In this document: piece after piece, positions 34,215 to 47,695 of the stretch
Position numbering within the stretch: position 1 is the stretch's first letter
Layout: each line of letters opens with the position of its first letter
NCBI RefSeq assembly: GCF_009914755.1
Contig: NC_060926.1
Strand: one strand, 5' to 3'
Source: the human T2T-CHM13v2.0 reference genome, Homo sapiens
Length of the DNA stretch: 64,000 nt
Notes under the pieces: generated by a model
Told to the model about the DNA's origin: nothing
Seen by the model: only the letters and a program-made list of their open reading frames with translations
The model's database searches: none
Made by a program: the position numbers and the translations under genes

Positions 34215-34460
34215 AGAGAGGCAGTGTGCTGTAGTTGAGAGAACACCCATTTCTAAGTTCCAAACACAATTCTACCATTTATTAAATGCACAACCTTAGA
34301 ACAGGTACCTACATTCCAAGTCTCATTGTTCTCATCTGAAAAACAAGAATATTCCTACACACTTTAAGGATAATTAGAGATACTGTGTTTACAACACTGA
34401 GTATAGTATAGGCCACATAGTTAATTTTCAATAAGTGATAGAATGTCATTGTTATTATTA
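34215..34460 (+). mobile_element. MIR SINE
   Basis: aggcagtgtgctgtagttgagagaacac...tctcattgttctcatctgaaaaac. Confidence 0.7.
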
Positions 34461-34764
34461 TTGAAATTCACCTAATTTCTCCGTCTCTTAAGTTTTTCCC
34501 CAGTAATATAAAAATAGAGGATTTTTTTTTGTAGAAAAGCCTAATACCCTTAAATAATAAAGCATGCATTAAGATGACCACATTAGTGCCCACAGCAGTT
34601 GAATAATTTTAAAGGAAACGTAGATGGCACATTTATTACAAAGTTTTCTTAGGGAGCCCTCAATGTAGTGACTGGTAAAATAGGAATGACATAGAAAACA
34701 GAGTGTGAATTAAATGGCATAAGTAGAAATTTTTTGCTAATTATAGATTACACAAATGTCAAAT

Positions 34765-34900
34765 TGGTTCTGGAAAGCACTTTAGAGTTTATCTAAATCC
34801 CTTATGTTAAGGATGAGAGAAGTGAGAATTAAAGAACTTGCGACTTATCCAAGGGCATGCAATTAGTGAGTGGCAGAGCAAAAGCCTAGATTTAGTGGCT
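34765..34900 (-). mobile_element. MIR SINE fragment
   Basis: ggatgagagaagtgaga...gacttatccaagggcatgcaattagtgagtggcagagc. Confidence 0.7.
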
Positions 34901-34945
34901 ATTCCATCTACTGTGGTTGCTTAATGTGTATCCATTGTCATGTTT

Positions 34946-35266
<321 letters not shown>

Positions 35267-36490
35267 CATTGTCATGTTTGAATGGGCCATTTGGTATCCT
35301 TCTAGTTCTCTAATACTCCATTGGTATAGCTACCATTCAGGGGCAGAATGTGTAAAATCAGAATGAAATAGTGCTGCCAACTGACACTCAAGAGGGCTTG
35401 ATTCTGTCTTAGAGAAATGAGGGAGCTTTGGGATTTCCATATCCTACCACATCACCTGTTTCCCCTGAACTAGCTCCAGTCTGCAAAGCCCTCCGTGTTG
35501 CCTGACACATGAATTAGAATGAGGTATTTTGAAGCAAACCCCTAGGGTTTTCTCACTTTCTTCAGAAGAAAAAGTTGATTCCAAATCTAGGCAGCCATTT
35601 TGTAGATGTAGATATAGATGTAGATTTCTGCTACTGGGGAAAACATGTAAAAATGACTCTCCAATAATGCCATCTTTGAATATAAGGAACAGCTTTGCTT
35701 CCCCCAAAATAGTTAGCAACTTAAATCGCATCAGATTTGTAGATATTATATGAGGGAGAAAGCAGTGGTGAGAAGGTAAGATATGACATAAATTAAACCA
35801 TAGATAGACCTGCTTACCCAGAACTGCCTTCACAAACTAAAGAAATGGAAAGTCATTTCACCATGTACTTACCAATCTGAGGACAGCTTTGGTATCTAGT
35901 TAATCTTTAGGTTTATTCCTGGAATCTAGTACGGAATTCACATGTGTTTGTTGAACTAAAGAATTCTAGCAGATATTATGTGGATCTAGACTGAAAGGTG
36001 GAACTACATTTATTCTGTTATTGAAAAATTGAAGCAAGACTGAAATATATAGCCAGAGAAATCAGAAATTGTAAGCCATGTTTATGTTCAAACCCTCAAT
36101 TCTGATTGTGTGTGTGTGTGAGAGAGTGACATGTACACATACATACACTATATCTAGTATACATGCATTTATATATACATATTGCATAATATAGAATATA
36201 TTTGTTTTAATATCAAAAGGAAGTTTTTAAGATAAACTATTAATTTGTCAAAATCAGGGAGACAGCCAATGTGAGTGACAAAAGGATTCAATATGAATTG
36301 CCTCAGATATCAGGTGCTGTGCAGAATTTAAGTTTTGTCGCTGTAGAAAAGTACTTATAAAATGGAAAGAGAAAATTATCCCAAAAAAACCTCAAAAGCA
36401 GTATTTGGAAAATATTTCTATTATAGGCTCAAATATAGGCTCAAGTATAATTAACTTAGTTGACCCTGAAGAACCGGAGTAAACTGGTTT

Positions 36491-36550
36491 TCTCTAACAC
36501 ATTCTCACGTGGCGTGTCCATCTCTAACACATTCTCATGTGATGTGTCCA
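36491..36550. repeat. 30-bp tandem duplication (2 copies)
   Basis: tctctaacacattctcacgtggcgtgtcca / tctctaacacattctcatgtgatgtgtcca. Confidence 0.95.
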
Positions 36551-36819
36551 GTATCAGTGGCTTGTGGAATAAGGCTTCCTTTATTAAATCTAGGTGTTTG
36601 TTACATATATAATAGGGCTCTTTGCAACAATACCTGAAATGGCTTCAATTATTCCATTTTTATTGGTTTCAGATTATAATTGCTTAAGGCTTTTCACAAT
36701 AAACTCGATCGTAAGAGTGGGTTAATTAAAATGTGGTAGAAAAGGACATTCTATTATCTTTCTTTACTATTTTCATTCTATTCTCTTTCTTTATCTTTTA
36801 GACTGTCCAGTACCACAGA

Positions 36820-37000
36820 ATATCACAGAATCATAGACTTCCAGAGATTTGTAAAATATTAGATATAGAGAGATCATCTGGTCCAAACCTTTTTCTGTAT
36901 AAATGAGATGAATTAGGCTCAGAGAGTGGTTGCTCAAGGTGAGCCAACAGCAAGTAGAATTAGGTCTCCTGGGTTCACAATCCTCACTGCTACAGTAAGC
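36820..37000 (-). mobile_element. MIR SINE
   Basis: agagatcatctggtccaaacc...aggctcagagagtggttgctcaagg...agaattaggtctcctgg. Confidence 0.75.
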
Positions 37001-37211
37001 TGCTTTTCTCTGCATTTGCTTTCAGTAGTGGCTGTTAGCTACAAAATACGCAGTTCTCTCTGATTCAGAGATTACTAAAACCAATAATATTTTATGATGA
37101 AAAGGATTTCATTCTTTTTTATTATGTTTTGTGTGACTTTTTAGAGTCTGGAGTATAAGTCATAATAGAAGATAAAAAAGAAGTGGAAAATAATGAGATT
37201 CCACTTTATGA

Positions 37212-37252
37212 AGATAACAAATCCAAAAACATAGATAACAAATCCAAAAACA
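37212..37252. repeat. 21-bp-period tandem duplication
   Basis: agataacaaatccaaaaaca twice (37212-37231, 37233-37252). Confidence 0.9.
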
Positions 37253-38204
37253 GATCACATTTCTGGTTTTGGTTTCCAGTGATATTATCAAAATCTCCAT
37301 GTGCACATCACATTCAAGAGCCTAGTTACAAGCTCTGTTATAGATTAGGCTTCAGATTGCATAGGTGGCAAAGGACAGACAGTTTTTCATGATGCATGTG
37401 TTGGAGAAAGCTGTGATTTTTGTGGGCGTTTTCTTCCCATATGTCATAAGAATATCTTCAAATTAAACATTTTTGTTGTGTGTCACCAAACTATGTGTCA
37501 GTTTGTCAGTTTGTGGTAGAACATTTCATTTTACATCTTATACCTTCCTAACTTTAGATAAACATAAACTAAATTCAGATTCTTTATCACAACATATACT
37601 GTTTTACTGCCAGAATTGTTATTGCTTCAGAATTGAACAATTCTGATGCATTGCCAACTGGACACATGTTTTTTTTCCATTTCTGACAGATTATTTGTGT
37701 GGGAAAGTTAGTTTTATCCAGAGTATTTAACACTTGGTTGTTGACGATTAATCATAGATATGGAAATCTATAATGGAAAAAGACAGCAATAAGCAAAAAT
37801 GAAACATTTATCATATTTTTATCTGTACTAGAGTAGGAATGTGTCTCCCGTATGCTAAATGCCTTTGCAGACACTTGATATTATACATTACCAATCTACT
37901 TTTGTGTTACTTGATGCATTATTTATTTCTTTTCTGATGGAGACAGCCCATTCAGGATAATATAAATCCCTAAAAAGAGGAAAATTTTGCAAGTATGATC
38001 AAGAGTGAAATGACCTTCAAAATCAAATTAGGACAAAATCCAGCAAAAATCTGAGCCGTAACCACAATGGTAGCATCCCACAATCAGTCATCACCCCTCT
38101 TTTACAACTCCAAGGCCACCATGTTATTGAGAACGGCCAGTAGTCTAGCAAAGTATTAAGGTTTTGTGGATTTTGTAGCCTTTTCCAATCTATAGTCACT
38201 ATTT

Positions 38205-38800
38205 ATTTGCTAACAATTTTATTGAGATATAATTCTCATACCACAGAATTCACCCATTTAAAAGATAAGATTCAGTGGTTTATAACCTGTTCACCGAGTT
38301 GTACAACCATCAACACAATCAAATTTAGACAATTATCATCACCTCAAAAAAGAAACCTGTACCCTTTGGTACCGCTCCACCATCCTCCCCACCCACTCCT
38401 GTTCCCCCCAGCCTTAAACAACAACTAATCTGTTTTCTATGTGTAGATTTACCTTTGCTGGATATCTCATATAATGGAACTATGTAATGTGTGATCTTTT
38501 GTGACTGGTTTCTGTTACTTAGCATAATGTTTTCAAGGTTCATCCAGGTTGTGACATGTGTCAGGACTGCATGCCTTTTCATGGCTGAAAACATGGCTGA
38601 ATAACATTCCATGGTATGGATATATCATATTTTGTTGGTTCATTCATTAGTTGAAGGACAGTTTGGATTCTCCCCCGCCCCCCAACTTTGGTTATGATGA
38701 ATAATGTTTTATCAACACTCATTTACAAATTTTTGTATAAACGCATGTTTTTATTTTTAATTGTTTTTAGTATAAACATAGGAGTAGAAGTGCTGGATTG
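38205..38800 (-). mobile_element. L1MB-like 3' end
   Basis: tttattgagatataattctcataccacagaattcacccatttaaa...acttagcataatgttttcaaggttcatcc. Confidence 0.88.
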
Positions 38801-38906
38801 TTTAGCCACTTTTAGATTTTAAAGTGAAATTTATTATTAAATTGAACTAGATTATTATACCGTCAGAGTGTTGTCTTGACTTCTGTAAAGAACAACTAGA
38901 TCCTCC

Positions 38907-39198
38907 GTTTGTTTGTTTGTTTGTTTGTTTGAGAAGGAGTCTAGCTCTGTTGCCAGACTGGAGTGCAGTGGTGCAATCTCTGCTCACTGCAACCTCTGAG
39001 TCCCTGGTTCAAGCGATTCTCCTGCCTCAGCCTCTCGAGTAGCTGGAATTACAGGCACGTGCCACCACGCCCAGCTAATTTTTGTATTTTTAATAGAGAT
39101 GGGGTGGCCAGGATGGTCTCCATCTCCTGACCTCATGATCTGCCTGCTTTGGCCTCCCAAAGTGCTGGGATTACAGGCATGAGCCACCACGCCCAGCC
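38907..39198 (-). mobile_element. Alu (AluSc-like) with (GTTT)n tail and a small internal deletion
   Basis: TSD tagatcctcc at 38897-38906 and 39199-39208; ~10 bp missing at gagatgggg^tggccagg. Confidence 0.95.
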
Positions 39199-39389
39199 TA
39201 GATCCTCCTTTAGAGTTGGTTCTCAGGTCATAGGCAAGATTACATTCCCTCTTTGCCTCAATTCTAGATTAAGTGATTTCAATTCTCCAGATATTTCAGA
39301 TTTTTAAAATCTATTGCTCTGGTCATTTATTTTAGCCCAAAACGCTCTAATATCTCCATTACATGTTTTTACACTTCTGATGAACAAAC

Positions 39390-39570
39390 CTTCCACTGTT
39401 AGACTTATGGTGTCCATTTATTGACCACTTTACAACCATATGAGATAAATATTATTATCCCATTATTACAGGTGAGGGAACTTCAGTTCAAAGAAATTCA
39501 GTGACTCATTCAAGGCCTGCAGCTAATCGAGTGGCAGAAATGTATTAGAAAAAGCCCATATGGCTCAGAC
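39390..39570 (-). mobile_element. MIR SINE
   Basis: attattatcccattattacaggtgagggaacttcagttcaaaga...gagtggcaga. Confidence 0.8.
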
Positions 39571-41109
39571 ACCTGAGTTCTTCTCACACACCAGGTGATT
39601 CCATATTGAGAAGTGCTTGACTAGTGACACCAAATAAAATAATTTATCCACAACTGTATGTGATTGTGTCAACCCTTCACTTCAACATAGACACACTCAG
39701 CAGTGAACATGAAAAGCTTATGCATAAAAACCTCAAATATCTGTAAATAATTGAATACTTAATACTCTACATTAAATAGCATAAAATGGTGACCTTCAAA
39801 GTTCTTTTTATCACAGTCCAAAATAAGAAATATGTTTTATATCAAAACAACAGAACACTACTTACAAACAGAAGTTTCAATCATGGCTGTATATTCCATG
39901 CAGATTTCAGGACCCATAGGTGCTCTAACCACAATTTTTTAAAACATTGATATAGAGTATCTGCAATTGAGACAGAATATTTTTTAAATTCCAGACTGAC
40001 CTGAAAGCTACTATGAAAATAGCTAGGAACTGTGAGAATCCTTCCCATTACCATAAGAGCATGAAGCTGCTGAGTGAAAAATAGCAGGCAAATTGGAGAA
40101 ACAGCAGTGTACAGAGAGCTGCAGCTATCATTTTTCAGAGCTAAATGAGCTCCCAGCAAAGAGAGCATATAGAGAGACAGAGAGCTGCAGTGCCACACAA
40201 TTGAACAGTTCCGGAGTACTCAATACCTAGTTGTGGGCAATTTGTAGACCATATTTAGGGGAACTAAAACCACTTTAGAAATATGGCTGAGATTCTATTT
40301 TCAAATGACTGCAGAGTTAGAGACAAATACTTGCAGGATTCTTTGCAATTTATGGTACAGGCCTTGATACAAGAAAATGGTTTTCTAATATATCAGTGTA
40401 GGACTCCAGCAAGCAGAGAGTAGATCAATATTTAGGAATAAAAGCATAATACTAATACTAGTCTTGATAAGCTACTAGCCACATTTTTTAAAGATTTCCA
40501 TAATTTCTAGGAACAGTGGATTAAATATTTTGGCCTAATGATATACATGTTACCTGTGGTTTGTTATGACTCAAATAGTATTTGTATCTTTATTAGAATT
40601 CTCAGCCCATAGTAATCATTTGCTCATCCTGGTCTTTCTATTGCCTTCACAAAATCTTGAGTTTAAAAAAAAAATCAATCTATTTTTAGAGATGGCTATT
40701 TAGTAGGCTGGTCCCAAATGACAGTTTCTGAAAACTAGGGCACATGAGATCAGCAGCACCCCTTGTATAATATTTCTTTAGTGAGAATTATTCTTGTTTG
40801 GCCCTGCACTACATCCACATGAGTGAAGCCACCACCTTACTCAATAATGGCAGGATCAAATAAAATGGCACCATTGCCAGATCTCCTGCTTGGAGAACTT
40901 TCTTAGCTTTTCTCCCGACAGGAAACAGGGATTGCACACAAGTGTAGTTTCCAGCATATAGGTCATCAGGATTTTAATAAAGAGGACTTTACAAACATGT
41001 TTCCTATTAAGATAACTAATTCTAGTTCTTTGTCAGTATCAGGCAGATGTCATCTTTCATGTGACTTCTCAGCTTTTCCACCTCTACTCACAACTTTATA
41101 TATCTCAAA

Positions 41110-41365
41110 ATTAGAGCCACAGAATGATGCAGTGGAAGGACCCAGGCGCAAGAGTCAGAAGATACAGATAAATGCCAACTCCATCTTCTTTACTGTGTCT
41201 TAGATTGTCTCTTATTGAAACATAATATTAGGAAATTCAGCAATCTTTTTGAAAGCCTCAGTTTCCTCCTGTGTAAAACAGGGAAAACATTAGTATCCTG
41301 GTATCCATCATGGGATTGTTGTGAGAGCTGAATGAAATAAAGGAGATGGAAGTTCTGTGTAAGCT
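41110..41365 (+). mobile_element. MIR SINE
   Basis: gcctcagtttcctcctgtgtaaaacaggga...catgggattgttgtgagagctgaatgaaat. Confidence 0.85.
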
Positions 41366-43094
41366 GAACATTACTATAGAATGTAAAGATGAGGGGAACC
41401 TCATTAGGCAGCCTCTTCCTTTGCACTTGTGATCCTTACATGCTGGTTATCTAAATATTCCTACCCAGCATAATAACAAATTGTTAGAACTGCTTCCTTT
41501 GCCTGTTTGTTCACATCCATATTTGGCAGCCAGTTGCCTCTATATGTGATTCTTACCTTTTTGGCTTTCTGGCTCTCAAATCACATCTTCTTTCCCTTGA
41601 AGTTCAAATTGTCCTCATTGGGAGATTCTACTATTGTGAAACGCAAGAGACTGTCATCACATAGATGCAGGCAGCCGAGAAACACATAGCTAAGGAGTGA
41701 GATGTAAACATTTCTTCAAACTGAAGTCTTTAAAAGAAAAAGTTCTTTTTTTTTTTCAAATCACATAGAACAAAAACGACTGCAATTTTGAATAATTTAA
41801 AATTTCTGTGGCTTAATTGAGTTATCTCAATTAAAACAACTCAATGAGAAATGTTCTATAGAAAAATTGCCAGAAAAGAAATAATTAAAATAATTACTAT
41901 GTCTAAGAAGAAATTTCCTGAACTGAATGTACTTTTTATACTAAAAATCTTAAATTATTATAATCTGCAGTAATCATTTTCTTCACATTGCACATACACA
42001 ATAAGTATTCTGTTCCTAAATTGATCGTGGCCTCTTTGGGTAAAGGAAAGGTAGCTCCCAAAGACAAGGAAACTTTAATATACTGATGCCAAGTGTGCCA
42101 TGATCATTGCTCAGCTGCCCCCATGTGATTATATGTGATTATAAAGCTCATCAAAGATGACAAGAATTTGCTCCACGGGAAGTAGGAACTTTCAGAGGTT
42201 TCAGGAGTTTGATTACATATCAAAAACAAGGGACATTATTGGTTACTGAGTATGCAGTTGTGTATTTTGATACTGTCACCTCTGTAAGGAAATTTACATA
42301 GAATCGCATAATCACTTTGTTTTGTAGATTACTATAATTTTCATTCACTTGTGTTCTGGGGAAAGACTGTGTACATTTGTAACCTGCAATACCGTATCTA
42401 TTACCACACTGGGTGTAGCAACAATGCTTCAGGGCAGAGAAAGAAAGGCCCAAACTGGAAATCTAAAAGGAGTGTCCCTTAGATGTCATAGACTTTAAGG
42501 AGATAACTAGTCAAGGCCAAGGGTAAGTGGGTTGGGAAGCATCAGTGATCATAAGGAGAAGCTTAAGAGAATACCAAAAAGGAGAGGCAGGAAGCCTACA
42601 CAGGCAGGAAATGGGGACAGGCATGTTTGGTGCCCAGTCTGTGATGTTCACAAAGATAGATGGGAAGAGGAGAAGGGAAGCAAATAGAATATAAATCTGG
42701 GAAGATCATAGGCAAGGAAGAGTGAGCCTTTCAGGGCTACACCCTTTAAACAGGTTGTAACATCTGATTTGAGGGCAAATATATTCTCTGTCCTGCTTTT
42801 TATAGTCATTTAAGAACTCACAAGAGGTTGTGATGTAATGAGAGAAGGCACATTACAGTGCGTACAATGGAAAGAGAGCACTAGTTCTTCTAGACGTCTT
42901 GTATTCAAGTCAAGTTTTCCTTCTTTTTGGCAAAGCGCCTACTTCCCTATCCCCATACCCCAATGCTTTGGCACTGGATGGCAGTGTGGGACATACTGTC
43001 CCTAAAGCCTCTCAGTAGAGCAAAGAAAGAAACATCAACATATGCTTTTTTCCACATCACTGGGGAAAAATAATTGCTTCATTTATTGAGCATT

Positions 43095-43560
43095 CTTTTG
43101 GATAATTTTGCTGTGTAACAAACTACCCCAAACGTAGTGGCTTCAAAAAACAAAACTCTTCTTTTTTTCTTCTGAGTATGTGGATTATGTAGGCACAGCT
43201 GGGTGGTTTTCCTCTTCTGCATGGTGTTGGCTAAGTCTGTAGTTCTCTTGAGGGTTTGGCTGGCTTGGAGTGCCCATGGTGGCTGACCCACGTGGTTGGT
43301 GGTTGGTACCGATTGTCACCTGAGGGCTCAGATGGCATTGTCAACCCGAGTGCCTTGTGTCTCCTCAGGGTGCCTGTTGTATGTCCTGTGGGTTTCACAT
43401 GGCTTGATGGCTGAGTTCAAAAAAGAAGTGTTCCCAGCATGAGAATGAAAGCTGAAGATATGTTAAGGCCTAGCCTTGGAAGTTACACAGTGATATTCCT
43501 GTGATATTCTTTTGGTCAAGGCAAGTCTCAGGAGAGAGTTGGAAAGAATTTGCAGCCATC
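43095..43560. mobile_element. MLT1 (ERVL-MaLR) LTR
   Basis: ttgctgtgtaacaaactaccccaaacgtagtggctt...ggcctagccttggaagttacacagtg...ttggtcaaggcaagt. Confidence 0.8.
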
Positions 43561-43569
43561 TTTATTTTA

Positions 43570-43765
43570 CTGCATCTTTATTTTATTGTTCCAGGCACTC
43601 TGGTAGGTACTTTATATCTTTATCTTCTGTAAACCTCAGAACAAGGTTAACAGAGCAAGTTAAACATTATATGCTCAGTTTGTCAATTAAGAAACTTGAT
43701 GCTCAGAGATATAGTTTATAGAGTTAATAAGTGAATTAGATGGGATTTGAGTATAACTCTATCTC
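43570..43765 (-). mobile_element. MIR SINE
   Basis: ccaggcactctggtaggtacttta...aagaaacttgatgctcagaga...gggatttga. Confidence 0.65.
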
Positions 43766-45370
43766 CATTGCCCAAATAAGCCATAGAGAAAGATTATAGG
43801 GATGGTAACAGGCTGTGTGCATGTATTAGGTCAATTGGATGGCTCTATTGGCAAAGACTGTTGGTTATATCCTCCCTACCCCATTCCTGTCACCTTAAAA
43901 TCAAGATATTTTTTAAAGCGTATAAGGCTAAGTTGATTAAATTGTTTCAAAATTTCATTGGAACAATTTTCTGTACTAGCTTGCTTTGCTCCTCCTAGTT
44001 CTTCCAAAGAAATGGGTGTGTTGAGTTCTTGCCACTCATGGAATTACAAAGGGAGATTAGGGCAAATCATATGCCGCTAAGTTTTTCAATTATGTCCAGT
44101 TCTGGCCTGATCAAATATACTTAATTGAAAGAAACCTATGGGGGAATGTGCTTAGCTGAATTGAAAGTAACTATTATCACAACTAAATTTAATCCAAATG
44201 AATTGAACTATAAAATATGCATAGACATCTAACACTTTAAGTCTCTGAAAAAATTATATCATTAAACTTATTCATTATCATTTTCTTTGAGTACTCAGTT
44301 TCAGATTCTGTTATTTAAGGCTACAGAAACTATGTGAAGAAAGCATTCAATCAAAAGTAGTTTTGTCTATATAAACAGCTGGTTGAATGGGTTTCTTTTC
44401 TGCTTCCATTTACTTTTCTACCAAATAGATCAATTGTGTGACTATGGCTTATGAAAGAGAGATATAGAAAAGTTAGAATTGTTTCACGTTTTGAAACTCA
44501 TTTTGTAAGTAAAGATTAAAAAGCTGTTGTGATTTAGTTTAGCCAGAGAAGAAAAGATTGGGGCAAACTTAAAGTGTTCTCATGAATAGGAACTTCTACA
44601 CTCTATTGAAAGTAAGACAAATAAAAATGTGTTCAAAGAACAGTTATGGGATGGGTAGACTTCTTTACAGGTAAATTTTGCCAAGAACTTTGACTTTGAA
44701 ATAAGGATTTTGAAATAAGAACTTTAGACTTCAAAATAAGGATGTAGAATCTTTTACCGTAAGCTCCTTTAAAAGCAATGAAGAGTCTCAGTTTGTAGCA
44801 TTTAGGGGGACGGATTCTACATGAAGGCATGGAGGTGGAGCAGTTGGCCTACAAAAGATCCTGCAGGTTATGATTTTATGAAATGCTTGGTATGTATCCC
44901 TGGATTTATGATTGAGAACATGAAACCCCAAAAAAGTTAATTAGCTTAGTCAAGGTTAAGCTGAATTAACAAGAAGAAAACAGATTATTTGAAGATGATT
45001 ATTTTTCTTCTTTCAGTTCATAGGTTCTACCTGAAAAGGGAAAATGAAAGAAATAAAAAGAAGAGAAAGCCAGGATGATCTAACTGCATTGCAATGAGTC
45101 CTACATTCTTAGAAATGTAATGCTATCGTTTTCCTTTTTTGCTCAGTCATAGTTCAGTACAAATATTCAGCAAGCGTTGGCTTTTGGAGTCTCTCCTGGG
45201 TCTTTTGTTTTATGCAAGAAGAATATGTAGAATTATGGAGTAGGTTTTCTGGGTCACGACTTCTGCCTACCTGCAATTAGTCAGAACTCAATCATATGAC
45301 GCCACCTTATTACTTACGATCTTACTGCTAGTGCATATAACTTAGCTGTATGCCCAGGAGTACTGTGTGA

Positions 45371-45417
45371 GTGTGTGCGTGTGTGTGTGCACACGTGCAC
45401 ACACGTGCATACACGCA
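45371..45417. repeat. Alternating purine/pyrimidine (TG)n-(CA)n tract
   Basis: gtgtgtgcgtgtgtgtgtgcacacgtgcacacacgtgcatacacgca. Confidence 0.9.
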
Positions 45418-47204
45418 GGCAGGAGAAAGGAACAAAGAAAAGAATTTATCTATATGTACTTTCTTTTAAAGCACTTGTTAAGCATGAGTTTTGGCACTAC
45501 CAGGGTAAATACTACAATGCATTAGTGCTTCAAGCATAAGACCTTTTTTAATCTTTTAAAAATATACTTTGAGAACAAATGTTGAATTTTTAGTGTGGGC
45601 TCCTACTACAATTTCACTTGAAAATCAGACTTGCTGCAAATTCCACTAGAAACTCTTAGGGCTGAGCAATGAAAGAGTGCAATTTTTAGCAAGTGCCAAC
45701 AATTTCCATGTGAATGGGGCCTTTATTAAACATACTTTAACACTCCTGTGGATTAATAATGTGTTAGCAGAAAAAGACATGTTGAGCTTAGTGCAATTAT
45801 CCTTCCATCCCAATTATACTGTGACATTAAATCTTGTGACATTTAATAAGAAAGGCCATTTCACCCATGGCTACCTCTAGTGCAGACGATTTATGCAACA
45901 GTGTTCCCGTAGACAAAATTATGAAAAGAAGGCATTCCTACATGCTGATATGTCTAACGGCCCATGTAAATTAAATAAGGTGTAGCAAAATATATAAATT
46001 GTTAATATTATGATTACTTGGTACCTGAGACAAAAGAAAGACGAATTAACAACCTTGGCTTTTAATCCATTACAAAATTAAACAAACATAAGTGGACAAC
46101 TAATAAGATAGAGAGTTGCTTAGTAAATAGGGAATCAGGAAGCTATTTCTGTCCCACGGGAGGCATTTTAGTTTTTGTCATAATACATATTCATCTGACG
46201 TATTTGGCGTATAGCATAACTTAGTATTTGTGGAGATTTAAATTAATTTGATGTTAGAGTTATAAGATGCCTATCTTTGAGAGTTTAAAACGCTTGTATT
46301 TAAGGTTTAATTCTTAATCTTTTAAATTTAGGTGTTTTGATACCTCACATGTCTAAGTGTGAGTGTGTGTGGTGTGTACTTTATCTGTCAATGGTTATAT
46401 AACATATTTCTTTCAAACAGTTGGTATGTTTAACACTTATTCTGAATTTACTAGGATTTTCCTGTTAAGCTATTTGTTTAGCATAGGAAGTTCTGATCCA
46501 ATATTTGTTAAGGTACATATGGACTTTTGTTTCTGACCTTCACACTGTTGACATGATGGAAAAACCATCAAATGTGATGGAAAACAAATCAGCAAATCAT
46601 ACATTTGGAGGGTTACATTAAATCTTGAGTGACCAAGAGGAATTTTCCAATTGTTTTTGGTTTTAAATACAGAAACATAAAGTGTTTAAGAGAAGTTGCC
46701 AGGTTTCTTACCAAAAAGCCATATTTTTTGGTAAGCTGAGAGGTTTGTATTATGCTACTATGGCCTCTAGACTGATTTGGTCTCATCTGCCTTGTAAAAG
46801 TCTCTCATTGACTCAGTGATGGGATCAGCTCCTAAGGCCCCTGGAATATTTTATCATTAGAGAAACAAATATTACACTTATTGATGTATCTGTTGCTCAT
46901 TTCCATTATAAATGTTGCTTCTTGAAAATGGGACCCATGACTTACTTATATTTATAACCTCTTGGCTACTTTCTAATTAATTGTTGTTGATGTAGTCAGA
47001 ACCACACCAACTGTCATGATCATATAAATAATTTTAGATATTTAAGCTGTTTAGGAACACAGACCAATAATAACGTATTTGTTCTATGTTTTCATGACTT
47101 AGATTTAAAGAGAAACCTTAAAGAAGGAAAGCTTTAGCTCCCAACTGGGGACAGTCTTTACCCATGTGACCACTTTACTGTTCCAACCAGTAATGTGGAG
47201 AAAT

Positions 47205-47695
47205 TGTGTCAGTTTGGATCCTTTTGGCCATAAATAATAGAAAAGCCAACTTAAGCTGATTTAGGCAATAAGGAAACAGAGCATAAGGTAGGGTGGGACC
47301 AGTGGCTCAATAGTGTCCTCAAGGTTCTACAATTTTTCTCTCTTCCGCTCTACCACCCAGAGCATCATCCTCATCCTGAGGCTAGTTCCCCTGTGATTTA
47401 GGACAACTTCCAGTGGTTGTTACATACTACATTGTTCAAGTCAGTAGGAGGTAGAGAGCTTAGCTTCAGCTGATCTCTCCTAAGAGCTAGGAAGAACTTT
47501 CTTACAGGTCACCAGCAACTATCTCCTGTATCTCATTGTCCATTATTGTGCTACACACTGTTCTTGAGAGGGTCACTGGCAAAGAGGATGGAATGCCCAA
47601 AGGCGTATCACAGAAAGATCAATTCCCCTAATTGAATTTTTGCTTCCACATGGAAATGAATGGGAATGATTGTTGCATTACCAACCACCATGTTT
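47205..47695. mobile_element. MLT1J/K-like LTR
   Basis: tgtgtcagtttggatccttttggcc..aataatagaaaagccaacttaagctgattt...tctcattgtcc. Confidence 0.7.
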
